Positions 24,780 to 39,329 are shown, counted from the whole stretch's first letter. The stretch: DNA of 63,932 bases, filler included, from Octopus bimaculoides (GCF_001194135.2; 6 parts of 5 records of this genome joined end to end with filler, not necessarily neighbours in it); one strand, 5' to 3'. The notes: generated from the letters alone by a model not told the origin. Numbers and translations: made by a program.

Positions 24780-26670
24780 TAATAAATTAAAAGATATATC
24801 CGATTAAGAAAATTTTATAAATTTTAAAAAATTATTTGAAAAATTAAATTCCGCAAATTCAACAACCAACTCCAGAGAGATATGAAGGAAAAAATAGACA
24901 TAAAGAACTCGGATAAAATCTTCGTAAACTCCGACAAGACAAACAATTTAAACGCGGTTGAGAAAGATGTTTATAAACGTCTACTTTCAAACAGCATTAC
25001 AGACACCTACAAAAAAGAAAATACAAGTTTATATAAAGAGGTGAATTTGGAGGCAAGAAGAATTGTTAATGACCTTAAAGCTAGTGACAGGATAGAATAC
25101 CTTCCCCCACGCCGACCCTATATTACCCAAAAGACCACTAAGCTAATTTCAATAGAAACCCTAAATGTAGGCCAGTTAACCCAGCTAAAACTGAAATAAG
25201 CTTTATTAGCAAATTTATTTTAGATAATATTTTAAGCAAGTTAAATAGTGAATTAAATTTACGGATTTGGAAAAATAGCAAGTCAGTGATAGATTGGTTC
25301 AAAGGGATTAGCCATAAGCATAACTGCAAATTTATGCAGTTTGATATTGTCGATTTTTACCCGTCAATATCTTGGCCTTTGCTTCTAAAAGCATTAGACT
25401 TTGTCAAGAAGTATCTCACCATCGACAGATCGGAAATAGATATTATCCTGCATGCAAGGAAATCCTTTCCTTTTTACGAGGATTCCACCTGGGTCAAAAA
25501 GATTGAGGATTCTCTTTTCGATGTACCGATGGGGGAAGAGTTATGTATGCTTATAGGAACTTATATTTTGCATAATCTGCATCTAGAATTCCCTTTTATA
25601 GATGCAGGATTATACAGGAATGACGGTCTTATAGTCACTCATAATTTAAACAGTCATGAGTTAGATAACCTTATGAATAATCTGATTACTTTCTTCCTAA
25701 GGATGGGCTTACAGTAGAAAGTAACCTTAATAACGTAGATTTTTTAGATATCAACTTAGATTTACAATTAGACAAATTTAAACCCTCTCGTAAGCCCATT
25801 GAAAAGTTATGTTATATTAGCAAAGAATCTAATCATCCACCCGTAATTCTTAAGAACCTAGTTAGTAATGTAGGAAGGCGAATATCATCGATTTCTTCAG
25901 ATGAGACAGCATTTCAAAATGCTGCGCCGTAATACAATAATGCATTAAGGAAAAGTGGATTCTCGGAGAAGATCCAGTATAGTCCAAGTTAATTCTAACA
26001 ATAATAGACCACGTAGAACTAGAGCTAGGAAAGTTTTGTGGTTTAACCCCGCATGTTATATTGCCGTAAAAACTAATACAGGTAGGGAATTCTTAAAATT
26101 AGTTTCTAAGCATTTTCAATCTGGCAATAAGTTCTATAGAATATTTAATGGAGCACTGAAGGTTAACTATTCCTGTTGCAAAAACTTCGCCTCTTTTACT
26201 AGCCAGAATAAAGGGGAAATTATTACAAACAACTACAGTGCCGAATCTAATCTGAGGAACTGCAACTTCAAAGATAAGACCTGCTGTCCGTTGGAAGGTA
26301 AATGTCTGGAAAAAGGAATTATTTATAGAGTCAAAGTGCAAGTAGATGGCTCACAAGAATATAAAACATACAGAAGGGCTTCGGAAAATTAATTCAAGAT
26401 ACGATTCTATTCCCACCGAAATTCTTTCCGAAACCCCGAGAATAGGACAATGACTAGTCTTACAAAGTATGTCTGGGAATTGAAAGAGAATGGCACCCAT
26501 CCTTTCAATGTAACTTGGGAGATTCTAGAAAAAACATCACCATACAGACGTGGAGTTTATAAAAGACCTACGAAATGTAATCTTTGTCTCTTTGTTCCAG
26601 GATAAAAATGCTTTGAATCAGAGACGCAAGCTATTAAATTCCTGCAGGCACCGCGAAGTATAAAATGTCA
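24780..26670 (+). mobile_element. Penelope-like retroelement (Neptune-like): RT + GIY-YIG endonuclease, decayed
   Basis: SDKTNNL, QFDIVDFYPSI, PMG, GLYRNDGL (YRDDG mutated), VDFLDINLDL, SNHPP, LWFNP..VKTN.GREFLKLV.KHF, CPLEGKCL..GIIY and terminal CRHR. Several stops and frameshifts. Confidence 0.9.
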
Positions 26671-26999
26671 ACCGATAAAATACTGTATGGTTTTGACTTT
26701 TGGAAAATTTTGACTTTGAATTTGACTTTACACGTTATAGTTATTTTGCATTGCAATGCTTGTTCGTATTTCGACTTTACTATTAAGAAAGCCTTCGACT
26801 GTTTTACAAATGTAAGCTCAAGCTTCGCCGAGGTTTATTTTTATTGTTTACTCACACATTTAATTATGTTATATCAAATTAATGTGCAATTTCCTTATTT
26901 TAACATTCTAATATTATATACACCAGACGTACAAAACTTTTTTATTTGTATACTGCATTTTTGATTAATTCAATTCTTCGATCGTCCAGAGTAAACATT

Positions 27000-27860
27000 T
27001 TATAAACATCCTTCTGTTTTAATTAGTTGTTGGAAAATCATGTTTCCCGATGTATTTCTTTGGCAAGTTTTAATTCTCTTCAATGCAGAAAAGGACCGAT
27101 CTTCAGAGGCAGTTATAGAAGGAATTGTCAAAATCGAATTGTAATGTTTGAAGTGATCTGACACAAATCCAATAAGGTCATTGATATAAATATGATGCAT
27201 TAAATTACTCACACTTCGCTTTTGAAATTCTTCCATTGAATACGTATCCTTTAATTCACTAAAAGAAATGTAAAAAAAAAAATAGAAAAAATACCATAAG
27301 TGGTTTTTAATGAATTTAAAACTTCTACTGGAAATATTTTGCAATACTTCTTAGAGTATCATTATTGTTCATATACATACCAGTGGTATCGATATAATCA
27401 ATAAAGAAGAATAAAAGTATTTCAAATTTCATACAAGAAAAATTCGTGAGTTACTAAAATTATTTTCACTTCGAGAGAAGAATAACTAAATGGGTTGTGG
27501 AAATTGCGATCATCTCTACGTGAGAAGACACAAGAATCCTCTAAAACTGCTACGCCATTAAGTGAAAAAAATAGTTTGATATAACATATAGCGGCAACTA
27601 TGGAAAAGTACCCTAGACCATGACTTTTGCTATTGTTTTGGCATATGTCTAGGTATCTCACCTGTTAGATTCAATGTAGGATAAATCCTGCACTGGCGAT
27701 ACCCAGGGAGAGGAACAGATACTCAAAGCTCTTCTCCAGACAATTAAATTGTCTTTTCCTTAATGACATATCAGTTATGGAGAATTGTTGAATGAGTTCA
27801 TCTTCCCTTGTCATTTGCAATCAACTGCAATTTTCAAGAAACATTTTTTTTATTCTTCTC
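27000..27860 (-). mobile_element. hAT-superfamily transposase remnant (C-terminal dimerization domain)
   Basis: ORF 27000-27344 contains ILTIPSITASEDRSFSALKRIKTCQRNT, matching the hAT dimerization motif LTIP.T.AS.ERSFS.LKRIK.Y.RNT. Confidence 0.78.
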
Positions 27861-27948
27861 ATGAAGTGCAGTGATTTTTAAAATATCATTAATTTATCTT
27901 GTATGATACTTGATATAATTTTATTTATGCTTCTGACACGCATACATG

Positions 27949-28055
<107 letters not shown>

Positions 28056-29317
28056 CGTAATCGGATGCAAATTTACAAAAATGACCAAAGCTGTAAGTTT
28101 CATGCATCGCATTTATTACCACCACTCCCTACATATACATACATACATACACACTGTATATACATACACACACATCCATACCCACACCCACCCACCAACA
28201 CACATACACACACACACATATATATGTATACATGAACTCTCAACATATGTCCAAATCTAAAGAACAGAGAAAATGAAACTCAGTTATTTGAATCTACTGA
28301 ATTTGGGAATTCTAGGATTATAGAGGCATACAGTACTTATTTTATCCTTCTCGAAAGATAACCCCGCACCGCAACAGATACAGTTGAACTCAATGTTATA
28401 CTGAAACTCGATCTAATCCGAAGGAAGAAACTTGCAGTCGACTTTGTCGAGACTAAAGCATACAGCGTTAAATGAGGCCAGAAAATATTGTAAGACATTT
28501 TATTCTTTTACAACGCTCTACAGTCTCTGCAACACACCAGATCATTAGTTTTTTGCAACTAGCAGAACATTGCTGTATTTTGGAAGGTCTTTTTACGAAT
28601 ATAAACTCACGCACTGTTTGTATTTCACTTCTGTTTCACGTCTTTTTATTTGTAGTAATCAGGTATAATTCCGCAGGAGTCAGCTTTACTCTTCATCTTT
28701 CCAGGGTTGATAAAATAAGTACTTGTCAAGAACTGAGGTCTATTTTATTGACTAGACACTTTCATCAATATTGCTGCCGTTGTGCCAAAATTAGCAAGAA
28801 ATATTATAAGTCCGATAGTTTACTAATTAACCAATTAACTAACTTCAATAGCCATTCAATCAACCAAGCAACTAACCAATCAATCAATCAATTAATCTAT
28901 CAATCAATCAATCAATCACTCAATGAATAAACCAATGAGTGAAGTGGTTTACCGAAGTCCTTTCGTCCAATATCATTCGCGACGACCTCATCTGTGACAT
29001 AACCTTGTTATTCTAAGAATGAAATTTACTATATCTAAAAAAAAATACCCATACTACAACATACGACCTTTCAGTTTCATAGGTTGGGGAGGGTGGTAAA
29101 TCAATATCAGTCATGTCCTTGTGATTTAATTCAATCACTCTCATTAGCCTGTCCCCTATCTCCGAATGCGGAAATATAACTAGAGATGAATATGAGCAAA
29201 ATATTGCTTTCAAATTAAAAACATTCTATTTCGTGAGCAAATTGTACGTGTTACATGTTCTAAATGCTATGAAGATGAAAATGGTATTGGTGATGATGAG
29301 ATAACAAGGGGCGAGTA

Positions 29318-29980
29318 ATGGTGATGGCTATAATGATGATGATGATGATGATGATGATGATTATGATGGTGATGATGATGATGATGAGGAGGAGGAGGAG
29401 NNNNNNNNNNNNNNNNNNNNNNNNNNNNNNNNNNNNNNNNNNNNNNNNNNNNNNNNNNNNNNNNNNNNNNNNNNNNNNNNNNNNNNNNNNNNNNNNNNNN
29501 NNNNNNNNNNNNNNNNNNNNNNNNNNNNNNNNNNNNNNNNNNNNNNNNNNNNNNNNNNNNNNNNNNNNNNNNNNNNNNNNNNNNNNNNNNNNNNNNNNNN
29601 NNNNNNNNNNNNNNNNNNNNNNNNNNNNNNNNNNNNNNNNNNNNNNNNNNNNNNNNNNNNNNNNNNNNNNNNNNNNNNNNNNNNNNNNNNNNNNNNNNNN
29701 NNNNNNNNNNNNNNNNNNNNNNNNNNNNNNNNNNNNNNNNNNNNNNNNNNNNNNNNNNNNNNNNNNNNNNNNNNNNNNNNNNNNNNNNNNNNNNNNNNNN
29801 NNNNNNNNNNNNNNTTTTCTAAAATAGAAAAAAGGAAAAGCAATGGGTTGAGCGTTATTTCAGAAATATGTTTGACTGATATTTCTAGCAGGTTGAGGGA
29901 CCTTGTAGAGCCTCAATCGCTCGTTCGTTCGTTCGAGAATGTTGCTGATATTACGGCAACAACAGTAGCATTGTAGCAGC

Positions 29981-30066
<86 letters not shown>

Positions 30067-30191
30067 CAGCAGCAGCAGCAACAGCAACAACTCGTGTTGT
30101 ATACACGTCCGTGGTGAGAGTAAACCTCTTTCAGAAATGGCTTCAACGGATCAACAGAACTTACAACGACGACGATGACGACGATTATGAC

Positions 30192-30241
<50 letters not shown>

Positions 30242-30530
30242 CGATGACGACGATGAAAAGCGAGAATGAGACGAAGATGATAATTGAACTGATCTCAGTG
30301 ATACCGATTATGGCGATTGTTGTTCTTGATGGTGACGACGACGACGGTAGTGATGATGATGCTGATGAATATATTTAACGATGGCAATAAAAAAAATTAC
30401 AACGATAACAACGATAGTCAAGAAAGGGATGATGCTGATGTTAATGCTGCTCTTTTTCTGCTAATGATGGCCATGATGATGATGATGATGACGACGACAA
30501 ACCATGACCAGGACGATGATAATTAGAATG
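29318..30530. repeat. Cluster of trinucleotide microsatellites (GAT, GAG, CAG, TAG, GAC)
   Basis: (GAT)n at 29335-29385, (CAG)n-(TAG)n at 29978-30080 and (GAT/GAC)n at 30165-30255, separated by a gap. Confidence 0.9.
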
Positions 30531-31039
30531 ATATTGATGACTGCAACTGAAAATATCGTAAGAAACAAAGAAAGTATGTAAAAATAAATAAATAAACAGA
30601 AAGAAAGACAGAAAGAAAGAAACAAAAAACCCTAACTCTTTCTCCACACTGTCTATGTAATCTGGACAACCTGATTGGTTGTATTAGCATCATGAACATG
30701 CTAAATGAAGTCACTATGACAACAACTTCAGTCATCTTCGCAAGCTTCAGCCATCACTTCCATCATCGGAGGTATATTTTATCTGTTTGGCTAATTTACA
30801 TGAACGCCCGGTTGAACATAAGAGAGAAAGGAACAAAATAACCAATAAATAAATAAGATGAAAAATAAATGAATTAAAAATGAAAATAAAAAATTAAAAA
30901 TAAACAAAAAATAAAAAATCCACCAATAGCTTTCGTTTTTTGTTTAAATATTACCCAGCATGTATTGCAATCGGAAGTCTCAAATCTGTCTTTTCCTTCA
31001 GTAAATATTTGTCCATATACGCTTACTCTTTACTCTTTT

Positions 31040-31200
31040 ACTTGTTTCAGTCATTTGACTGCGGCCATGCTGGAGCACCGCCTTTTAGTCGAGCAAATCG
31101 ACCCCAGGACTTATTCTTTGGAAGCCTAGTACTTATTCTTTCGGTCTCTTTTTGCCGAACCACTATGTTACGGGACGTAAACACACCACCATCGTTTGTG
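31040..31200 (-). mobile_element. SINE family A, 3' part
   Basis: tgtttcagtcatttgactgcggccatgctggagcaccgcc...ttttgccgaacc is the reverse complement of the 3' half of the copy at 41353. Confidence 0.85.
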
Positions 31201-31611
31201 NNNNNNNNNNNNNNNNNNNNNNNNNNNNNNNNNNNNNNNNNNNNNNNNNNNNNNNNNNNNNNNNNNNNNNNNNNNNNNNNNNNNNNNNNNNNNNNNNNNN
31301 NNNNNNNNNNNNNNNNNNNNNNNNNNNNNNNNNNNNNNNNNNNNNNNNNNNNNNNNNNNNNNNNNNNNNNNNNNNNNNNNNNNNNNNNNNNNNNNNNNNN
31401 NNNNNNNNNNNNNNNNNNNNNNNNNNNNNNNNNNNNNNNNNNNNNNNNNNNNNNNNNNNNNNNNNNNNNNNNNNNNNNNNNNNNNNNNNNNNNNNNNNNN
31501 NNNNNNNNNNNNNNNNNNNNNNNNNNNNNNNNNNNNNNNNNNNNNNNNNNNNNNNNNNNNNNNNNNNNNNNNNNNNNNNNNNNNNNNNNNNNNNNNNNNN
31601 NNNNNNNNNNN

Positions 31612-31658
<47 letters not shown>

Positions 31659-32018
31659 ACACACATACACACACATATTGATTTGGCTATACACACACAC
31701 ACACATAATGATGGACTCTCCCGTCCAAGACGACGTATGAGTATTCATTTTTTGCTAGATAACCTGTATGACTGATTCGTTTATAGCGATCATATATATG
31801 TGCTGTACATTAGTTCACTCTATCCATCAAATCGATGTTGCCTGTGCGGGGAAACAAACGTACCTCACGTCAGAAGTTGAAATGATCGCAGACCAACGTT
31901 AACGAAGTGCTTTTCTCAAGTACACAACGCACCACTCGATCCGGGAAGCAAAGCTATGATCTAGCGATTATGAGTGCAACACCCAAACCACTAGAGAGAG
32001 AGAGGGAGAGAGAGAGAG

Positions 32019-32057
<39 letters not shown>

Positions 32058-32612
32058 NNNNNNNNNNNNNNNNNNNNNNNNNNNNNNNNNNNNNNNNNNN
32101 NNNNNNNNNNNNNNNNNNNNNNNNNNNNNNNNNNNNNNNNNNNNNNNNNNNNNNNNNNNNNNNNNNNNNNNNNNNNNNNNNNNNNNNNNNNNNNNNNNNN
32201 NNNNNNNNNNNNNNNNNNNNNNNNNNNNNNNNNNNNNNNNNNNNNNNNNNNNNNNNNNNNNNNNNNNNNNNNNNNNNNNNNNNNNNNNNNNNNNNNNNNN
32301 NNNNNNNNNNNNNNNNNNNNNNNNNNNNNNNNNNNNNNNNNNNNNNNNNNNNNNNNNNNNNNNNNNNNNNNNNNNNNNNNNNNNNNNNNNNNNNNNNNNN
32401 NNNNNNNNNNNNNNNNNNNNNNNNNNNNNNNNNNNNNNNNNNNNNNNNNNNNNNNNNNNNNNNNNNNNNNNNNNNNNNNNNNNNNNNNNNNNNNNNNNNN
32501 NNNNNNNNNNNNNNNNNNNNNNNNNNNNNNNNNNNNNNNNNNNNNNNNNNNNNNNNNNNNNNNNNNNNNNNNNNNNNNNNNNATATATATATATATATAT
32601 ATATACATACGT

Positions 32613-32646
<34 letters not shown>

Positions 32647-32765
32647 ATATATGGATCAAAGAGTTTGATCCATACATATAACTCTCAATAAATGCGTCGA
32701 TTGTCCTTCTTTCGTCTGTCTGCTCTCTCATATTCATTACAAGGAAAAATGCGGACGGATGGAGG

Positions 32766-33577
32766 TTATTAAACCTGGAGAAGTACAGAACAAGCATATT
32801 TATACTTAAAATATTGTAACTATAATTGTAATTTTAAAATATTTAGAAACCAAAAATAAAGGATTTTATTAGCTACTCTATTATTTAAAACAACTAAATA
32901 ATAAATTTAAGGCTAGATGTTAGCAAAACATTTTTTTTAAAATTTCAATAGCCCCATTAAAAATGTTGTTTCAATTACACGTGTTTAAGAACTACTAACA
33001 GTTCTTTAGTATTCAATTGAATTCCTCTTTTGTTCATCTTTTTGATAAAAATTGGCACACTATAATTTATTGATAAAGACACAATAAGGTTGGTCTTCTG
33101 GAAATTTCAAAAAAGAAAGTTCAATTGATACCTTTATGGTAGGGTTGAGTCTTAGGGGAGGGTACTGTGATATTTTCTGGAGACTGGGGTACTCTTCCTT
33201 GTTAAATGTTTTGCTTGAGGCGGCGGGTAGTATACCATAAAAAAACATTCTTCTTGGCGAGGGGCTACATAGCCCATATGGTATGAAATGCTGGGGAAGG
33301 TAAGTCCCTCAATATAACCACGCCGTACAGATATGGGAATATTTGAAAACTTGTAATTGAAAAAAAATTTTTAATGGGGCTATTGAAATTTTTTATTTTT
33401 ACTTTTTGTTAACAGTTAACCTTAAATTTATTATTTGAATTAATTTTTTAATTATAGAGTAGCTAATAAAAGGTATTATTTCTAGTTTTTACATCTAAAT
33501 GTATTTTAAAATTTTGACTATAGTTGCAATATTTTAAGTATAAATATTCTTGTCCTGTACTTAACTAGGTTTAATTA
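32766..33577. mobile_element. Foldback / MITE with ~220-bp imperfect terminal inverted repeats
   Basis: 32766-32986 is the reverse complement of 33346-33577 (e.g. ttaaacct...aagtacag.acaag.atatttatacttaaaatattg; tttcaatagccccattaaaaa). Confidence 0.8.
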
Positions 33578-34758
33578 CTTAAGAATATTAATGTCCATGC
33601 GTCTGCATTTTTCATTCTAATCCACTTTTTTTCCAGGTAATGCAATTAAACTAATTGATAGTGACAATAAATAATTTATGATTTTACCTGATTAAAAAAT
33701 GTTCATTTTATTTAATACTTTTGTTAAATAATTTTTCAATTATTTTCATGTTTGATGATTGAATTAAAATAATAAGGATTAATCAAAATAAATAAAAAAG
33801 GAATTGTAAGAGCACTTTAGTTACACTGGCTGATGATAAAATCTAAAATTGTGACTAAGATTAGAAAATGAGCGAATGCATCCACCCTGCTGCACGTGGA
33901 GCCAGGCTTACCATCTTTGTAGAGAAAATTATTAGAATAAATTGACAGAAATAGATTTATGTTAGAAAGGTGGTGCGTATTTACAACTTGATGCAGTCCA
34001 AATAAGTTGCAAATAATTATTAATTTGTTAGATCACGCCAAAATACATAAATAAATAAACGAAAAATCGGTGAGAGGTGAATCTGCAATTTTTTAAAACT
34101 GTAACAGTCAAAAAACGCAAGTTACTGTGCTGGAAATACCAAATATTGAATCAAACTACCTAAAATGTAAGATATAAACAATCAATATATTAGTTAACCA
34201 AACAGTCATTCAAAGTAAAAAGTTAATTAATTATGAGAATTATAATTGTAAATTTAATTAAGTATTTAATCATTAATTAGTGACAGACGGAAGCAAAAAA
34301 TAAATAAATGCATCTGTTTGATTCAAACCATTTATACATTTTTTAACACGAACGTACGCCCTTTTTGTTTTTTGATTTTTTTCTTACTTTTTTTTTTTAA
34401 TTTAAAAATTTTTTTTTAATTGTTTGGAGTTATATATCTTATAATTAAGATAATAAGAAATGAATTATGATATTGACAAACAAAATGAGCTTTTATGATT
34501 AGAAGTTTTCAAATGAAATTTTAAGAATATTTAAATTCAGAAAATTCATTCAAAAACCAAATCAAGGTTAATTTCTGCAAATAAAGACTAGATCGAATAT
34601 TTATTGAGTAAATTTTGATGTATTAAGACGAGAAGTATGAATATATATATATAGTGTAACATATCTAGATTGAAGGAAAAAGGAGGGTGAAGAGAAAAAT
34701 AGAAAGAAAGAAGAAATTTTACTGTGATGCAAGGGAGACAGCTGTGAATATTTTTTAT

Positions 34759-34796
<38 letters not shown>

Positions 34797-34888
34797 ATAC
34801 ATATATACACATATATATATATATATATATATAGTATATATATGCAAGGGAGACAATTGTGTATATTTTATATATTATAATAGTTTAT

Positions 34889-34933
<45 letters not shown>

Positions 34934-36164
34934 NNNNNNNNNNNNNNNNNNNNNNNNNNNNNNNNNNNNNNNNNNNNNNNNNNNNNNNNNNNNNNNNNNN
35001 NNNNNNNNNNNNNNNNNNNNNNNNNNNNNNNNNNNNNNNNNNNNNNNNNNNNNNNNNNNNNNNNNNNNNNNNNNNNNNNNNNNNNNNNNNNNNNNNNNNN
35101 NNNNNNNNNNNNNNNNNNNNNNNNNNNNNNNNNNNNNNNNNNNNNNNNNNNNNNNNNNNNNNNNNNNNNNNNNNNNNNNNNNNNNNNNNNNNNNNNNNNN
35201 NNNNNNNNNNNNNNNNNNNNNNNNNNNNNNNNNNNNNNNNNNNNNNNNNNNNNNNNNNNNNNNNNNNNNNNNNNNNNNNNNNNNNNNNNNNNNNNNNNNN
35301 NNNNNNNNNNNNNNNNNNNNNNNNNNNNNNNNNNNNNNNNNNNNNNNNNNNNNNNNNNNNNNNNNNNNNNNNNNNNNNNNNNNNNNNNNNNNNNNNNNNN
35401 NNNNNNNNNNNNNNNNNNNNNNNNNNNNNNNNNNNNNNNNNNNNNNNNNNNNNNNNNNNNNNNNNNNNNNNNNNNNNNNNNNNNNNNNNNNNNNNNNNNN
35501 NNNNNNNNNNNNNNNNNNNNNNNNNNNNNNNNNNNNNNNNNNNNNNNNNNNNNNNNNNNNNNNNNNNNNNNNNNNNNNNNNNNNNNNNNNNNNNNNNNNN
35601 NNNNNNNNNNNNNNNNNNNNNNNNNNNNNNNNNNNNNNNNNNNNNNNNNNNNNNNNNNNNNNNNNNNNNNNNNNNNNNNNNNNNNNNNNNNNNNNNNNNN
35701 NNNNNNNNNNNNNNNNNNNNNNNNNNNNNNNNNNNNNNNNNNNNNTATATATATATATATATAACTGTCTATTTACCAATGTACCATACTTAAAATATAT
35801 ACTGCTGAAAGGCAGGATGTTGTGGCTTTTATCTTAGTGAAACTCTCTAGAAAAAAAAATATATATATATCGGAAGGAGTCGAGTATCTTTCCAGCAGTG
35901 ATCCACGAGTATGCCAAATCCATTTCCACCTCCTCAGGCCTTCTCAATAGCGTGTGCTCGCTTGTCATGTCCGTGGACGAAATCTACCCCTTCTTCTATA
36001 GGAAACAGTCACTAATACATTCAGACGTTGCGGAAAGCCATTCCGGCTGAATATACATGCATGCATATGAATATACATGCATACATACATACACACACAT
36101 ACCCATACACAGACACAGACACACATGTATACACGTGCATATACCTTCTCACTTACATACATAT

Positions 36165-36330
36165 ACACGACGGACGTCTTCCAGTTTCCGTCTACCAAAT
36201 CCACTCACAAGTCTTCCTGTTGGCTCGAGACTATAGTAGAAGACATTTGCCCAAGGTGTTGCGCAGTGATACTGAACCAGAAACCATATGGTTAGGAAGC
36301 GAGCTCCTTATCACACAGTCACGCCTGCGC
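36165..36330 (-). mobile_element. SINE family A, 5' part
   Basis: tttccgtctaccaaatccactcacaag...tagtagaagacatttgcccaagg...ctgaacc is the reverse complement of the 41353 head. Confidence 0.8.
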
Positions 36331-36385
<55 letters not shown>

Positions 36386-37969
36386 GGCGTTTGTGTGCGG
36401 GCGTTTGTATGTGTGTGTATCTATATACATACATATATATATATACGAATGTTTGTATGTTATTGCTGTTGATGTCGCTGTTGATGCTATTGTTGTTTCT
36501 TTGTACGCTATTCCAGTTGATAGTATTGTAGGTAGTGCTTGAAGAAGAAATGATCATAAATATGATTCAAAAGACGGCGACGATGATGACGATGATGATA
36601 ATGACGACAACTGCGAGAAAAATGACTATGAACATGATCAGGATGAGTGTATTGATTCATTTATTGACAATTCAAGCAATATGTAGTAACTTTGATAACT
36701 TATATACAACTTGTGTTGCTGGTTCTATTGGTGCTTTCGACATTTTGGAATAAGTTAAAAGAAATATTTTCTCGATAGCGGAAAAACAATATTACATTTG
36801 TATGGGCCAATATGGCTGATTGCCCATACTTCAATCTCCTTTTAATGGAAGCTAATATAGAAATGCTCAAAGTCGCTGAAAATATGTCAGAAAGGGTTTA
36901 AAATATAGAAGAAAAATGATTCAAAAATCTCACACATTGCCAAGTGGGCGAAATTATATTCTGTTGAAGAAGCGGTAAGATTATTATAAATAAAAGAAAA
37001 AATAAAAAGGGAAAAATAGATATAGTTCGATAATCAGAAATATGACAAGAGAATTATAGAAAAAGTAACGATAGATGTACTCATCATAATTAAAACTTCG
37101 AATTTTCGTTAAAATTGTTGCTGCAAGAAAATGGTGGTCTCCACCACCTTTCTTAACCAAATTGATAAAAATTTAAAAAAATAATAATAAATTAAAAACT
37201 AAAAAAAAAAAGACTAATAAAATACTTAAAATTTATTTTGGGTGATGGAAAAAAACCATCATTATCTTGTACCATATACGAAAATGTTATTGTTCTTGCT
37301 GATCTTGATTGTTTTTTAGCCACAGGTTAACTGTCTCCCAGTAGATTTATTATGATCAAAGACATTCCACTTATACTCAACCAACTTTTTCTTCCGTTTT
37401 CTTTTCTGACATTGTGTATCCAATATATCCTTGTCCTATATACAGTATCCAACATATCTATGTCTAAAACAGTATGTGATATGAAGTAGCTTTGGTTGGT
37501 GCTTTTAGCGGATGAAGCGACGAATTAGAAGTTCCATCATCGGCATCCTAAAGTTTATCTTGCATAGATACATACGTTGATGCTAATATATTTAATACAC
37601 AGAGTATTAAAAGCTATCTAGATATACGTATGCACTCAGGAATAAAATAACATATTAGTTAGAATAACATCTAATCGATACAACTTTCCATATATTTGAA
37701 GTGCATTCTGACTTATGCTACAAGATAAAATCAAAATTTGAACGAATTAAAATGAAATGGTTCCGAATATAGAAACTAATGACAATAAAAAATATGAATT
37801 TAGGAACTTCGTATTTACATAGCTATTTAAAATATTGGTTTCTTCTATGAAAAATTTTATCTCTTTCCATTTAGGACGCGTTCAGACAAGATTAGAGAAT
37901 AATAAGTTGAATTTCTGATAGCAATATACGCCGAATGATTGGGTAATTGGTATTGCAGTTGCTTTTAAG

Positions 37970-38310
37970 AGCCTCTTTTTTTATGGCTCTCCTGGCACTC
38001 CGTCGGTTACGACGACGAGTGTTCCAGTTGATCCGATAAACGAAACAGCCTGCTCGTGAAATTTACGTGCAAGTGGCTGAGTACACCACTGAAACTCGTA
38101 CCCATGAACTTAATTCTGAGTGAGAGTCAACGTGAGAGAGGATGTGACAAGGCTGGCCCTTTGAATTACAGGTACTACTTATTTTTGCCAGCTGAGTGGA
38201 CTGGAGCACCGTGAAATAAAGTGTCTTTCTCAAGGACACAACGGCTGCTGGGAATCGAACTCAAGATCTAACGATTGTGAGCCGTATACCCTAACCACTA
38301 AGCTACACGC
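37970..38310 (-). mobile_element. tRNA-derived SINE, family C (near full length)
   Basis: Same body as 21995. The head has A-box-like (tagcttagtggtt) and B-box-like (gagttcgattcc) motifs on the minus strand. Confidence 0.85.
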
Positions 38311-38579
38311 CAACACATTTAGATGCGATGATTTATTCCAAGGTTTTCAAGGTTGGTGGAGAAAGAAGAGAAAAGCTTATTTCTTGAAAGAGCAGGACGC
38401 AAGATAAATGCGTCAAGACGTATTATCATAATTTAGAAAGTATAAACTGAATGAAGGCAAGCAAGGCAGCAGTGTAAAACAAAGTGATAGATTATGAATT
38501 CATTATGAATTCAAATATGGAATTATTGACCGCCCTTTATAAAACAATTTTCAAGAACTATTCGATATACCTACTTAGA

Positions 38580-38850
38580 CATCAACGTGGTCACGTGGCC
38601 AACCAGGCTATCAGATGAGGTTACACATCGCTGGTCACTATGCGCTTTTGCATTGTTTGAACCTTCAAATGACGCCACTCCGTTGGCTAGGCGAGCAGGC
38701 CAAAACGTCTCCCTGATCGAAGGGGAGCTAGAGCAATGTGAAATAAATTGTTTTGTTCAAGAACGCAATGCGCCGCCCAGTCAGGGAATCGAACCCACAA
38801 TCTAGCTATCTAGCATGTAACACCTAGCCACTAGGCCACACACCTTCACC
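38580..38850 (-). mobile_element. tRNA-derived SINE related to family C
   Basis: Minus-strand head ggcctagtggctagg...gggttcgattccc and core ttgaacaaaac..tttatttcacattgctc. Confidence 0.75.
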
Positions 38851-39259
38851 ATTTAGATATGCAATATTTAGACATACGATATTAAATTGTCCTATCGTTA
38901 TTTTCTCTATAACCCTCACGTCATATTCATGATTATCAAACTTTCTTTTATATTTAACTTGTTTCAGTCATTAGAATGTGGCCATGCTGGGGCAATGCCT
39001 TACAGAATTTTTGTCGAACGAATCAACTCCAACACTTATTTTTTAAAAGCTTGCTACTTATTGTATCGGTTCTTTTGCCGAACTGCTAAGTGACAGCTGA
39101 TGTAAATACACCAGCACTGATTGACAAGCGGTGTTGTAGGACAAACACACATACACCTATGTATGTATATATGTATGTATATATGTATGTATATATGCAT
39201 GTATGTATGTATGTATGTACACACACACACATACATGCCTACACACACTCACACACACT

Positions 39260-39329
<70 letters not shown>

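Noticed and set aside
29978-30080. (CAG)n as a polyglutamine exon
   Set aside because: It runs directly into (TAG)n in the Gln frame, with no supporting splice sites or flanking coding sequence.
33631-33654. ttccAG|GTAATGCAATTAAAC as the missing UGDH exon (V-M-Q-L-N versus V-I-D-M-N)
   Set aside because: An in-frame TAA follows after five codons, there is no further similarity, and it lies beyond two artificial joins.
33830-33880. CTGATGA...GAAA as a hammerhead
   Set aside because: Stem II is weak and there is no stem III or cleavage triplet in register.
35875-36050. GC-richer block with 40-58 codon open frames on both strands
   Set aside because: No recognisable motif or splice sites; I cannot support it as an exon.
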